A stretch of 41,826 bases of DNA from a virus: the IMG/VR virus record IMGVR_UViG_3300029743_000011; one strand, given 5' to 3'. Position numbers and translations under genes: made by a program. The notes under the pieces are model-generated. The model saw only the letters and a program-made list of their open reading frames with translations. It was not told the DNA's origin and did no database searches. Below are positions 21,535 to 31,271 of this stretch, in pieces (positions within the stretch are counted from its first letter, which is position 1; each line of letters opens with the position of its first letter).

Positions 21535-21627
21535 ATGCGCTGGATGAATGAGGACGAGGCGACAGCAAAGGATGCACTCCAAAAGGCGCAGGACATGGTA
21601 ACTGAACAGCAACAGGAGGTAGAGTGA
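21535..21627 (+). CDS. Possible 30-aa peptide translationally coupled to the next gene
   Basis: ATG lies 5 nt after GGGAGG. The stop TGA overlaps ATG 21627 (TGATG). The longer 89-aa ORF would begin inside a hairpin. Confidence 0.3.
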   Translation: MRWMNEDEATAKDALQKAQDMVTEQQQEVE

Positions 21628-22013
21628 TGGGCGGTAGAGGTGGAGCTGGTGGAGGCTCTGGAGGCGAGAGGGTGGGTATTAAGCTCCCACAAATCTTAGG
21701 CAGCGAGAAACAGATAAACTGGGCGAAAGACATATTGACAGACCCATACAAAACATTTGACATGAATGAAAAATTGCGTCGGAGCCAAAGCATTGGACGC
21801 CCTAAAACTGATGGAATAAGGATGTGGGCAGATGCGTACAACGCAGCAAAAAAACGCTACGCGGATGAAATCACAAACTTGTCAAAAATGTTTCCGAGCG
21901 GGATGAAGGCACGAGACATTATTGACAGGAGAGACGGACTGAGTTCAATGGCGAAAGCTATTTATAAAGATGAGCTTGACAAGTTGAGGAGAAAATACGG
22001 GTTTAAAGTATGA
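21627..22013 (+). CDS. Hypothetical protein with Gly-rich N-terminus
   Basis: ATG lies 7 nt after AGGAGG. MGGRGGAGGGSGGER... then GSEKQINWAKDIL. Confidence 0.6.
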   Translation: MGGRGGAGGGSGGERVGIKLPQILGSEKQINWAKDILTDPYKTFDMNEKLRRSQSIGRPKTDGIRMWADAYNAAKKRYADEITNLSKMFPSGMKARDIIDRRDGLSSMAKAIYKDELDKLRRKYGFKV

Positions 22014-22627
22014 TCAATTTTGAAAACTTAGACAAGTGCGTATTCCTCGGCGTAGGAAAATATGGCGTTCCGCAAATTGAACCGGTCAAAGCGTATCCAC
22101 AAGGGGAATTTGTCCCGGGGAACTATCTTCTTTCGACAAAGAACCCAGAAGATAAAATCGTGCATTTCTTTCTTGACGATTATCAATTTGTAAGGCACTG
22201 GAACACGCCGGACAAGTACATTCCGAAACTGTCGCAGTTTGCGGCGGTATGCGCGCCGGATTTTTCCACATATACAGATATGCCGCTTGCCATGCAGATA
22301 TACAACCATTACCGCAAGCATTGGATGGCGGCATACTGGCAGCTGCACGGGATGACGGTTTACCCGACGATCTCATGGAGCGATGAGAGGAGCTATGATT
22401 GGTGCTTCGATGGCGAGCCTGTCGGCGGCATAGTAGCGGTTTCTTCGGTTGGGACACAGGCAAACAAGGATAGCAAACGCCTGTTCCTGCGCGGCTACGA
22501 GGAAATGACGAAGCGGCTATCGCCGGAATGGGTGATATTTTACGGCAGAGTGCCGGAAGAATGCGATTGGAACATTATCCGCGTGAAGCCGCACTATGAC
22601 GAAATCGTGAAACGGAGGAAAGCATAA
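22010..22627 (+). CDS. DUF4417-like protein
   Basis: HFFLDDYQFVRHWNTPDKY...CAPDFSTYTDMPLAMQIYNHYRKHWMAAYWQLHGMTVYPT. Confidence 0.55.
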   Translation: MINFENLDKCVFLGVGKYGVPQIEPVKAYPQGEFVPGNYLLSTKNPEDKIVHFFLDDYQFVRHWNTPDKYIPKLSQFAAVCAPDFSTYTDMPLAMQIYNHYRKHWMAAYWQLHGMTVYPTISWSDERSYDWCFDGEPVGGIVAVSSVGTQANKDSKRLFLRGYEEMTKRLSPEWVIFYGRVPEECDWNIIRVKPHYDEIVKRRKA

Positions 22628-22646
22628 CTATTTCGAGGTGGTGATT

Positions 22647-23066
22647 ATGGCTGCGAGGTTGACAGATCGAAAAAAAAAGAAAATAGTTGCCGACTGGGTA
22701 GAAATGCAGTCATACAACGCTGTTGCGAAGAAACATGGCGTCACGCACCAGACTGTGAAGAGAGTTGTTGACGCATCACCAGATATCAGCGAAAAAGTAC
22801 AGCAGAAAAAAGAGGAAAACACGGCTGAGATGCTGGCTTTCATGGAATCGCAGAAAGGCGCGATGCAGGAAGCTATCGTTTTGCACCTGAAAGCGCTGAC
22901 TGACCCAGAAAAAATCTCTACAGCGACGCTGAGCCAGATCGCGACATCATTTGGTATTATCGTTGACAAGGCAACGAAGAACACGGCCAGCAGCAATGAC
23001 AGTCTGAATAAGCTGGATGGGCTGCTTAGGGAGTTTAGAGATGCTGTTAAGTCAGAAACAACTTGA
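22647..23066 (+). CDS. terS: Terminase small subunit (HTH type)
   Basis: ATG follows GAGGTGG. N-terminal HTH region YNAVAKKHGVTHQTVKRVV. Lies directly upstream of and overlapping TerL. Confidence 0.6.
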   Translation: MAARLTDRKKKKIVADWVEMQSYNAVAKKHGVTHQTVKRVVDASPDISEKVQQKKEENTAEMLAFMESQKGAMQEAIVLHLKALTDPEKISTATLSQIATSFGIIVDKATKNTASSNDSLNKLDGLLREFRDAVKSETT

Positions 23067-24240
23067 ATTTGCGAGGTACGCAAATCATCGCTGGAACTTT
23101 AAGGGCGGAGCAACTCGAAGTGGGAAGACGTATCTTGATTTTAAATGGATTATCCCACTTCGTATTCGGGAGCGTGCCGGTAAAGATGGGCTTGCCGTCA
23201 TCCTCGGTGTCACAAAATCAACAATCGAGCGAAACGTGCTCGAGCCGATGCGAAATCTTTACGGCGATAAGCTGGTAGGAACGATATCAAGCGATAACAC
23301 TGCTTGGATATTTGGCGAGAAGTGCTATTGCCTCGGTGCGGAAAAGGTATCTCAGGTCTCGAAAATCCGCGGTGCGTCAATCAAATATTGCTACGGTGAC
23401 GAGGTTGCAGATTGGTCGGAAGAAGTCTTTGCACTTCTAAAAAGTCGACTTGATAAAGAGTATTCCTGCTTTGACGGAACGTATAACCCGCAATATCCGA
23501 ACCATTGGTTGAAAAAGTTCTTGGACAGCAATGCCGATATTTTCAGCCAAGTTTATACAATTGATGATAATCCGTTCTTGCCTCCTTCCTTCGTAGAAAA
23601 CCTAAAGAAGGAATATGCCGGAACGGTTTTCTACGATAGATACATTCTTGGGAAATGGACGCTGGCAGAAGGACTTGTATACCCTATGTTCGGCGATTCC
23701 TGCATCGTGCAGGATATACCGGACACCGGCGATTATTACATTTCCATTGACTACGGCACGCACAATCCGTTTTCGGCTGGCTTGTGGTGCGTGACGAAAA
23801 CGGACGCGGTGCGAATCGGAGAGTATTATTACTGCGGGCGAGAAGAACGGAAAGAAAAAACGCCGGAAGAGTATTATTCAGAGATCAAGCGCCTTGCGGG
23901 CGGGAGGGATATAAAATGCCTGATTGTAGACCCTTCGGCGGACGCTTTTATTGCCACCGTAAAGAAGCACCATGAGTTCAAAGTCCGTGGGGCTGTGAAC
24001 GATGTACTGCCCGGCATACAGACAACGGCTGAGATGATCGCGTCCGGGAAGCTCAAAATCCATGAGAGCTGCGAGGACGCCATCCGCGAATTCGGGCTTT
24101 ACAGGTGGGACGAAAAAGCAGAATCTGACCGCGTCGTGAAGGAAAACGACCACGCTATGGACGAAATCAGGTACATGGTGATGACGGTCTTGAAAAAGCA
24201 CTTCAAAGAACATAGATTTGTGCCGGAACTGGCGCGGTGA
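23041..24240 (+). CDS. terL: Terminase large subunit (PBSX/XtmB-like)
   Basis: Walker A GGATRSGKT, then YGDEVADW. The nuclease half carries DHAMDEIRY. Confidence 0.9.
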   Translation: MLLSQKQLEFARYANHRWNFKGGATRSGKTYLDFKWIIPLRIRERAGKDGLAVILGVTKSTIERNVLEPMRNLYGDKLVGTISSDNTAWIFGEKCYCLGAEKVSQVSKIRGASIKYCYGDEVADWSEEVFALLKSRLDKEYSCFDGTYNPQYPNHWLKKFLDSNADIFSQVYTIDDNPFLPPSFVENLKKEYAGTVFYDRYILGKWTLAEGLVYPMFGDSCIVQDIPDTGDYYISIDYGTHNPFSAGLWCVTKTDAVRIGEYYYCGREERKEKTPEEYYSEIKRLAGGRDIKCLIVDPSADAFIATVKKHHEFKVRGAVNDVLPGIQTTAEMIASGKLKIHESCEDAIREFGLYRWDEKAESDRVVKENDHAMDEIRYMVMTVLKKHFKEHRFVPELAR

Positions 24241-24248
24241 GGTAAACG

Positions 24249-25607
24249 ATGAAAACATATCAGGATTTTTTAGAGGTTGCGGAAAAGTCTGACCGGGAGC
24301 GGATGGAATTTGTTCTGTCCGCGATAAATAATCACAAAGACTCGGATTTATACAAACAGGCGGTTATTGCGAAGGAGTATGACGCGCACAGGAATGTGAC
24401 GATTGCTAATTTTCAAAAGCTGCTTTATACACTCAACGGAAAAGTCATACCGGACAACTACAGTCCGAACTATAAGCTTCGGAGCAATTTCTTTGCAAAT
24501 TTCGTCACGCAGGAAACGCAGTATTTGCTTGGAAACGGCGTGACACTGAAAAAAGAGGAAAACAAAGCGAAGTTGGGCGCTGGGTTTGACACACGGCTCC
24601 AAGACGCAGCACACGACGCGCTTGTCGGCGGCGTTTCCTATGGTTTCTGGAATCTCGATCACCTTGAAGTGTTTGATGTGACAGAATTTGTTCCGCTTCT
24701 GGATGAGGAAAACGGAGCGCTTCGGTCGGGCATTCGTTTCTGGCAAGTATGCACAAGCAAGCCGCTGCGTGCTACGCTCTTCGAACCTGACGGATTTACA
24801 CAGTACATCCGACGGAACGGGGAAGAAATGATGATTTTTGAGCCGAAGCGCGGCTATGTGGCTGTGGAAGCGACTTCTGAGATTGACGGGACTGAACTTC
24901 TGGCGTATCAGAATTATCCTGGCTTCCCTATTATTCCTATGTACGGGAACCGCGCAAAGCAGTCTGAGCTGGTTGGTCAGCGCGAGGCAATTGACTGCTA
25001 CGATTTGATCAAATCCGGCTTTGCAAATACGGTTGATGACGCATCCGTTATTTACTGGACGATCTCCAATGCCGGTGGCATGGACGAGATTGATATGGCA
25101 CGTTTCAAAGAGTCCATGCGGCGAATTGGTGTAGGTCTTGTGGACGATGACGGCGCGAAGGCGGAGGCTCATACGCTCACAATCCCGGTTGAAGCTCGGG
25201 AAGCGCTTCTTTCCAGAATCAGCGACGATCTGTACCGAGATTTTCAGATGTTGGACGTTACAAAACTGCAAGGCGGGCAGAAAACAGCGACGGAGATCAA
25301 TGCGGCATATCAGTCGATGGATAACAAGGTCGATCAATTCGAATACTGCGTAATTGATTTCCTACAGGCGCTTTTTAAAATCGTTGGGATTGAGGATGAG
25401 CCATCTTTTACTCGCTCTAAGGTAACAAATCAGCTGGAACAAACGCAGATGGTGCTTCTTGCGGCAAACTACCTCGATGATGAGACAATTTTGAACAAGC
25501 TCCCGTGGCTGACGCAGGAAGAAGTTGCCGAAATTTTGAAGAGAAAAGCGGCAGAGGATATTGAGCGCAGCTTCGAGCCGCCGGAGATGGTGAACGATGA
25601 GACCTGA
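24249..25607 (+). CDS. Portal protein (SPP1 gp6-like)
   Basis: 452 aa immediately after TerL, with a family-typical N-terminus. Confidence 0.85.
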   Translation: MKTYQDFLEVAEKSDRERMEFVLSAINNHKDSDLYKQAVIAKEYDAHRNVTIANFQKLLYTLNGKVIPDNYSPNYKLRSNFFANFVTQETQYLLGNGVTLKKEENKAKLGAGFDTRLQDAAHDALVGGVSYGFWNLDHLEVFDVTEFVPLLDEENGALRSGIRFWQVCTSKPLRATLFEPDGFTQYIRRNGEEMMIFEPKRGYVAVEATSEIDGTELLAYQNYPGFPIIPMYGNRAKQSELVGQREAIDCYDLIKSGFANTVDDASVIYWTISNAGGMDEIDMARFKESMRRIGVGLVDDDGAKAEAHTLTIPVEAREALLSRISDDLYRDFQMLDVTKLQGGQKTATEINAAYQSMDNKVDQFEYCVIDFLQALFKIVGIEDEPSFTRSKVTNQLEQTQMVLLAANYLDDETILNKLPWLTQEEVAEILKRKAAEDIERSFEPPEMVNDET

Positions 25608-26580
25608 TAAGGGATACGACCTCACCGAAAAAGAGTTAAAGGCGCTCGAAAAGCGGATATATGATTCTTACAAAGAAGCGTATGACGGTCTGACGGATAT
25701 CATCAAGGAGTATTTCGCAAAGTTCGCAGACCGTGACGAAGCCGAAAAGGCACGGATGGACGCTGGCGATATCACAGAGGAACAATACAAGCAATGGCGG
25801 CTTGCACAGATCGGGCGTGGAAAGCGCTTTGAGTCGCTACGGGATAAGGTCGCAGAGCGCATGACAAATGCAAACGCTGCTGCTGTTGCGTATGTCAACG
25901 ATGCAACGCCGGGAATTTACAGTTTGAATCGGAATTTCGCGGCGTACACCATAGAGCAAGTGACCGGCGATGTCGGCTTTGATTTATGGGACGAACAGAC
26001 TGTAAAGCGCTTGATTGTGGAACAGCCGGAGCTTATGCCGTATTACCCGCCGAAAAGAGCGTTAAAGCGTGGAATTGATCTTGCATGGGGCAAAAAGCAG
26101 ATCACAGCCAGCGTCACAAGCTCCATTTTGCAGGGCAAGAGCATTAAGCACATGGCAGATGATCTACAATCTAGAATTGTCACCATGAGCCGCGATTCCG
26201 CTATCCGGACAGCTCGAACGGCAGTCACGGGTGCGCAGAACGCCGGACGGATGGATTCTTACTTTGCAGCTGAAAAGATGGGGATTAAATGCCGCAAAGA
26301 GTGGATGGCGACGCTGGACGGAAGGACGCGCCATTCTCACGCGGTGCTCGATGGTGAAGTCGTGGATAACGATAAGAAGTTTTCTAATGGTTGCCGTTTC
26401 CCAGGAGACCCGCAAGGAAGACCGGAAGAAATATACAACTGCCGCTGCACGCTGGTATCTGCGATAGAGGGAATTGACACTTCCAATGGGAAACGTCGAG
26501 ACAGATACGGAATTCTGCCGAATATGACATTTGCACAGTGGGAGAAATCAAAGCGTGGGGAAGGCTATTTACAAAGATGA
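25597..26580 (+). CDS. Minor head / head morphogenesis protein (Mu F / SPP1 gp7 family)
   Basis: TLDGRTRHSHAVLDGEVV...PGDPQGRPEEIYNCRCTLV. Confidence 0.85.
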   Translation: MRPDKGYDLTEKELKALEKRIYDSYKEAYDGLTDIIKEYFAKFADRDEAEKARMDAGDITEEQYKQWRLAQIGRGKRFESLRDKVAERMTNANAAAVAYVNDATPGIYSLNRNFAAYTIEQVTGDVGFDLWDEQTVKRLIVEQPELMPYYPPKRALKRGIDLAWGKKQITASVTSSILQGKSIKHMADDLQSRIVTMSRDSAIRTARTAVTGAQNAGRMDSYFAAEKMGIKCRKEWMATLDGRTRHSHAVLDGEVVDNDKKFSNGCRFPGDPQGRPEEIYNCRCTLVSAIEGIDTSNGKRRDRYGILPNMTFAQWEKSKRGEGYLQR

Positions 26581-26975
26581 ACGTTGAATTTATCGACAAT
26601 TCCGAACAAGTGAAGTCCGCTATGCACGACGCGCTGATTCGCGCCCTCGAAAAGATCGGCATGACGGCTGAAAAGTATGCAAAGCGGCTTTGCCCAGTCG
26701 ATACCGGCAATCTGAGGAACAGCATCACGCACCGTGTGAATGAAGAAGAGCCAGCGGCATACGTCGGAAGTGACACGGAATATGCCGCATACGTCGAACT
26801 CGGAACCGGTAAGTATTATCCGGGCGGAAGACCTACGCCGTGGGCGTATCAGGACGCAAATGGGAATTGGCACTGGACGGCGGGAAATAAAGCACAGCCG
26901 TATTTGAAGCCCGCAGCGGCTGACCATGCATCCGAATACCGGAAGATCGTGGAGGATGAATTCAAAAATGGCTGA
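26577..26975 (+). CDS. HK97 gp10-family protein
   Basis: ATGA overlap. CPVDTGNLRNSITH...YAAYVELGTG...AQPYLKPAA. Confidence 0.65.
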   Translation: MNVEFIDNSEQVKSAMHDALIRALEKIGMTAEKYAKRLCPVDTGNLRNSITHRVNEEEPAAYVGSDTEYAAYVELGTGKYYPGGRPTPWAYQDANGNWHWTAGNKAQPYLKPAAADHASEYRKIVEDEFKNG

Positions 26976-27009
26976 AAGTTTGCGTAAGAGAGCCTAAAAT
27001 ATGCGGTAT
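26975..27009 (+). repeat. Conserved 35-nt element, copy B
   Basis: Starts at the last base of the gp10-like stop codon. See copy A. Confidence 0.8.
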
Positions 27010-27010
27010 A

Positions 27011-27051
27011 AATGTGGTAACAGTGAAGAAACGACTGTTGCCACATTTTTT
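27011..27051 (+). terminator. Rho-independent terminator inside the structural operon
   Basis: 14-bp stem aatgtggtaacagt / actgttgccacatt, then T6. Confidence 0.7.
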
Positions 27052-27098
27052 GTTCTGTCGCGGCAAAGAACCGCCGACAAGGGAAAGGGAGATAGAAC

Positions 27099-27689
27099 AT
27101 GGCATTAACAAGGAAGCTCCTAAAGGGAATGGGGCTGACGGAAGAGCAGATGGACACGATCATTGAGGCGCACACCGATACCGTGGACGGGCTGAAAAGC
27201 GATCTCGCGCGGTATAAGGCAGACGCTGAAAAGCTCCCCGGAGTACAGGCGGAGCTGGAAAACCTGAAAGCCAAAGGCGACGATGGCTGGAAGGATAAGC
27301 ACGACAAGGTCAAAAAGGAATTTGATGACTACAAAAGAGAGCAGATGCAGAAGGAAACCAAAAGCGCGAAAGAATCTGCGTATCGGGAACTTTTGAAGTC
27401 TGCGGGTATCAGCGAAAAGCGCATTGATTCGGTTTTGAAGGTCACCGATCTTTCTTCGGTTGAATTGGAAGACGGCAAGATCAAGAACGCCGATGATTTG
27501 AAGAAGTCCATCAAGGAAGAGTGGGCAGATTTCGTTGTTACCACGAAACAGAAGGGCGCGGACACCAAAGACCCGCCCGCAAACAACGGCGGTGCTATGA
27601 GCCGGGACGACATCTTTAAAATCAGGGACGCGTCTGAACGGCAAGCAGCAATTGCCGCAAATCTCAATTTGTTCGGAAAGGAAGAATAA
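27099..27689 (+). CDS. Scaffolding protein (GP20-like)
   Basis: Highly charged helical 196 aa directly upstream of the capsid gene. Confidence 0.75.
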   Translation: MALTRKLLKGMGLTEEQMDTIIEAHTDTVDGLKSDLARYKADAEKLPGVQAELENLKAKGDDGWKDKHDKVKKEFDDYKREQMQKETKSAKESAYRELLKSAGISEKRIDSVLKVTDLSSVELEDGKIKNADDLKKSIKEEWADFVVTTKQKGADTKDPPANNGGAMSRDDIFKIRDASERQAAIAANLNLFGKEE

Positions 27690-27690
27690 T

Positions 27691-28854
27691 ATGGCAGCAA
27701 AAAACAACCTGACCATGACGAGCGACGTTCAGGTAACCGCTCGTGAAATCGATTTTGTAACCCGCTTTGCGCGGAACTGGCAGCACCTGCGCGACATTCT
27801 CGGCATTATGCGCCCCATCAAAAAGCAGCCTGGCACCGTCCTGAAATCCAAGACCGCAAGCGTGACGCTCGCGCAGAGCGTCGGCGAGGGCGAAGAGATC
27901 CCCTACTCCAAAGCGACTGTCATCGAGAAGGACTATGCAAACATCAACGTCGAAAAGTACGCGAAGGCGGTCTCTATCGAGGCAATCAAGGAATACGGCT
28001 ATGATGTCGCAGTCGCGATGACCGACGAAGCTTTCCTGTATGAGCTTCAGACCAACGTCACGAACCGGTTCTACGACTACCTGAATACCGGTCTTCTGAG
28101 CGTCAGCGAAACCAACTGGCAGCGTGCGCTTGCGATGGCGAAGGGTGCTGTTATCAACAAGTTCAAGCAGATGCACAGAACCGCGACAAACGTTGTCGGC
28201 TTTGTGAACGTCATGGACTTGTATGACTACCTCGGCGGCGCTGATATCACCATCCAGACTGAGTTCGGCTTCCAGTACATCAAGAACTTCATGGGCTACA
28301 GCACCGTGTTCCTGCTGTCTGACGAAGAAATCAAGCGTGGTCGTGTCATTGCGACTCCGGTTGAGAACATCGTTCTGTACTACATCGACCCGGCTGACAG
28401 CGATTTCGCCCGTGCCGGTCTTGACTACAGAACTGATGGCGAAACGAACCTGGTTGGTTTCCACGTGCAGGGCAACTACTCCACGGCGGTCTCCGAGTCC
28501 TTTGCAATCATGGGCATGACCCTGTTCGCGGAGTATCAGGACGGCATTGCCGTTGCTGACATTGACGAGACCCCGTCGCTCGGCACACTGACCGTTACTT
28601 CGGCAGCTGGAACCGCAACCGGCGACACGAAGATCACAGTCAACCCGGCGAAGGAAACGTCCGGGAATGTCTACAAGTACAAGGTAGGCGATTCGGCTGA
28701 GACTGTGACCTATGGTCAGAATGTCAGAACGTGGTCGACGTGGGACGGCAAGTCTGATATCACGGCGGCTCCGGGCAAGAAGATCACAGTCGTTGAGGCT
28801 GACGCGACTTATAAGGCGCAGAAGGCTGGCAATGCGACGGTAACGGCGAAGTAA
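27691..28854 (+). CDS. Major capsid protein with C-terminal Ig-like extension
   Basis: ATG 27691. 387 aa. The C-terminal ~90 aa are rich in T/V/G strands (LTVTSAAGTATGDTKITVNP...). Confidence 0.8.
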   Translation: MAAKNNLTMTSDVQVTAREIDFVTRFARNWQHLRDILGIMRPIKKQPGTVLKSKTASVTLAQSVGEGEEIPYSKATVIEKDYANINVEKYAKAVSIEAIKEYGYDVAVAMTDEAFLYELQTNVTNRFYDYLNTGLLSVSETNWQRALAMAKGAVINKFKQMHRTATNVVGFVNVMDLYDYLGGADITIQTEFGFQYIKNFMGYSTVFLLSDEEIKRGRVIATPVENIVLYYIDPADSDFARAGLDYRTDGETNLVGFHVQGNYSTAVSESFAIMGMTLFAEYQDGIAVADIDETPSLGTLTVTSAAGTATGDTKITVNPAKETSGNVYKYKVGDSAETVTYGQNVRTWSTWDGKSDITAAPGKKITVVEADATYKAQKAGNATVTAK

Positions 28855-28867
28855 TGGAGGTGGCGGT

Positions 28868-29290
28868 GTGATGCTGACTGAATTATGTGGCGTGCTTCGG
28901 AACTGGTTCGAAACTGACAGAATCAGTGGTACGTACACGGTCGAAAACGGCAGCATCACACTGCCGTTTTTGCAAAACGGACAGTTTTTCCGTGTGGTGG
29001 GCTCTGTTTTCAACGACGGAGTTCACCAATACCCGGATTACGCGATGGCAGACGAGACATTTGACGGCTCTATCTGGCCGATGTCTGTTCCTCCCGCACT
29101 TCTCTGCTTGGGAGAGGAAATCAAGGCGTGGCAGGAAAAGAACGGAGACATCGCCGCGAGCCCGTACACGTCGGAGAGTTTCGGCGGGTACAGCTATTCG
29201 AAATCGACGAGCGGGTCTGCAACCGGCGCTGGAATGGTAACATGGCAGTCTGTTTTTAAGTCGCGCCTGAACCAATGGAGGAAGATATGA
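28868..29290 (+). CDS. Head-tail connector/adaptor protein (putative)
   Basis: Position after the capsid gene. 140 aa. Confidence 0.5.
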   Translation: MMLTELCGVLRNWFETDRISGTYTVENGSITLPFLQNGQFFRVVGSVFNDGVHQYPDYAMADETFDGSIWPMSVPPALLCLGEEIKAWQEKNGDIAASPYTSESFGGYSYSKSTSGSATGAGMVTWQSVFKSRLNQWRKI

Positions 29291-29637
29291 GTTTACTTGA
29301 CGATTTTGCAAGACCGTGTGTCCTCTTGGACAAAAGCCGCGTGCCGGATGGAGCGGGCGGTTTCGAAACAACTTGGGTCGATGGCGTTGAGTTTTCCAAT
29401 TATCAGGCGCTTGATACGTCGATGGAGGCAAGGAGAGCTGAAAAAGAAGGCGTGACAAGCGTTTACTCGGTTCTGGTTCAGCAAAGCGTTCCTATCGAGT
29501 ATAACGACTTCTTCCGGGACAAAACGACCGGGGCGACGTACCGTGTGACATCGGAACCGACGGCAAAGAAAACCCCACGCTCGGCCAGCTTCGATCTCAA
29601 GTATTTCACGGCAGAAAAGAAGGCGTTACCGGCATGA
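29287..29637 (+). CDS. Head closure / head-tail joining protein (putative)
   Basis: ATGA overlap. Size and position are typical. Confidence 0.5.
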   Translation: MSLLDDFARPCVLLDKSRVPDGAGGFETTWVDGVEFSNYQALDTSMEARRAEKEGVTSVYSVLVQQSVPIEYNDFFRDKTTGATYRVTSEPTAKKTPRSASFDLKYFTAEKKALPA

Positions 29638-30002
29638 CAAAAGATAAGGCGCTGCACGCGTGGTTTTCACAGTTCCTGACGGCGTATCCGGCTTCTAGCG
29701 TGCCGGATGATGCTGTTTTCCCGTGGCTCACGTATGAGCTTATTACAGGCGCGTGGGACAGCGGAGAAATCGGGCTTACGGTGAATCTGTGGTACTACAC
29801 GGAAAAGGAAGCAGAACCGAATGCCAAAGCGCAGGAAATTTCGGACGCGATCGGCTTGGGCGGCGTGTTCGTTCCGTGCGACGGCGGCGCAATTTGGATT
29901 AAGCGCGGAACGCCGTGGTGCCAGAACATCGCGGACGATTCCGACAAATACATCAAGCGGCGGTATTTGAACGTAACGGTCGAATACATTACCGCGAACT
30001 GA
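29634..30002 (+). CDS. Tail completion protein (putative)
   Basis: Position before the major tail protein. Confidence 0.45.
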   Translation: MTKDKALHAWFSQFLTAYPASSVPDDAVFPWLTYELITGAWDSGEIGLTVNLWYYTEKEAEPNAKAQEISDAIGLGGVFVPCDGGAIWIKRGTPWCQNIADDSDKYIKRRYLNVTVEYITAN

Positions 30003-30015
30003 AAGGACTGATTTC

Positions 30016-30606
30016 ATGGCGAAATTTACAAAAATTCCGGCGGATACGTTTAAGCAGCTGCAAATCAACGCTGGCGTTGTTTTGAGCGAATTTACGCCTG
30101 CAACCGGAACGTTTGAACCGGAGAACCAGATCGGTGCAACTACCGGCGGCGTTACGTTTTCCGCGAAACCGACGTATTCCGACTACGGCTCGGATGTGGA
30201 CAATTGCCCCAAGAACACAATGGAACTGAAGCGGATGGACGATGTCGAAGTGAAGCTTGCTGGTACATATGTAACGGCTACGACTGCCTCCGCGAAATCT
30301 CTCATGGCGGCGGCTGACATCGACGGCACGGATACGACGAAGGTTGTTCCTCGGCGCGATCTTTCAACGGCTGACTTTGCGGACATCTGGCTTGTGGGCG
30401 ATTATTCCGACAAGAACGGTGCAACGAATGGCGGTTTCATTGCTATTCGCCTTATGAACGCGCTGTCGACTGGCGGTTTCCAGCTGAAAACGGCGGACAA
30501 AAACAAGGGGCAGATGGCGTTTGAGTACACGGCGCACTATTCGATTTCGAAGCAGGACGTTGTGCCGTATGAGCTTTATATCAAAGCAGGTACGGCTGAA
30601 ACGTAA
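30016..30606 (+). CDS. Major tail protein
   Basis: 196 aa directly upstream of the G/GT chaperone pair. Confidence 0.75.
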   Translation: MAKFTKIPADTFKQLQINAGVVLSEFTPATGTFEPENQIGATTGGVTFSAKPTYSDYGSDVDNCPKNTMELKRMDDVEVKLAGTYVTATTASAKSLMAAADIDGTDTTKVVPRRDLSTADFADIWLVGDYSDKNGATNGGFIAIRLMNALSTGGFQLKTADKNKGQMAFEYTAHYSISKQDVVPYELYIKAGTAET

Positions 30607-30618
30607 GGAGAAGAAAGT

Positions 30619-30987
30619 ATGAAATTTTCGGAACTTAGCACGGATAGGGCGGCTGATGTTCTTTGCGAGGTCAGCGCGTACGCGCTCAACATCCTGACGG
30701 ACGATGAGCTGCGGGAGAGTCTGAAAGCACAGATTGACGCAGAGAAGCCTCAGACAGCCGGTGAAAAATACGCGATCGGTGCGCAGAAGATCGGGCAGTG
30801 GATTCCCCTGATCCTGAAAAAGCACAGAGAGGACACACTCGGTATTCTGGCTGCGGTCAACGAAACGACCGTCGAGGCGGTCAAAAAGCAGAGCGTCCTA
30901 AAAACCATGCGGCAGATTCAGGAGATCGCCAAGGACAAGGATATGCTGGATTTTTTCAAATCGTGCGCGTCGGAGGCGAAAGCGTAA
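30619..30987 (+). CDS. Tail assembly chaperone (gpG-like)
   Basis: Sits between the major tail protein and the tape measure. Contains the slippery site. Confidence 0.75.
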   Translation: MKFSELSTDRAADVLCEVSAYALNILTDDELRESLKAQIDAEKPQTAGEKYAIGAQKIGQWIPLILKKHREDTLGILAAVNETTVEAVKKQSVLKTMRQIQEIAKDKDMLDFFKSCASEAKA

Positions 30988-31271
30988 CGCTTGCGCTTCT
31001 GGCAGCTCCAAAGATAAGCGTGGGAGGGCTGATTCGCCTTTTGCCGATTTTGGTAAAGCGGCAGCAGGAGGAATCAGCCTTCCGCATTTATACGACGGAG
31101 TGTTTGCGCACAATGACGGAAAACACAGCGAAATTCGCGGGCGGCAGCTTTGTTCAGGCGAAATATTCCGACCTGATAGACCCGAAGCCGCAGGACAACC
31201 GAACCTGCGAAGAAATCACCGCCGAGGTTGTTAAGCGGTGCGGACTGGTGGTGAAAGATGAATCTATTTGA
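30619..31271 (+). CDS. Tail assembly chaperone, -1 frameshift-extended form (gpGT-like)
   Basis: A slip at T TTT TTC (30951-30957) joins ...KDMLDFF to QIVRVGGESVTLALL... of ORF 30798..31271. Confidence 0.7.
30951..30957 (+). promoter_or_regulatory. Programmed -1 ribosomal frameshift slippery heptamer
   Basis: TTTTTTC in X XXY YYZ phase relative to the gpG frame. Confidence 0.7.

Noticed and set aside
22671-22678. A8 homopolymer in terS as a slippage or phase-variation site
   Set aside because: It simply encodes a Lys run (RKKKK). The run is short and no alternative frame yields a meaningful product.
27664-29013. 449-aa minus-strand ORF
   Set aside because: It is antisense to the major capsid gene. 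It has no RBS and an Arg/Val/Asp-biased composition. The same reasoning applies to minus ORFs 16865-17818, 24348-25337, 32091-33068, 34176-35060, 39113-40192 and 40935-41804.
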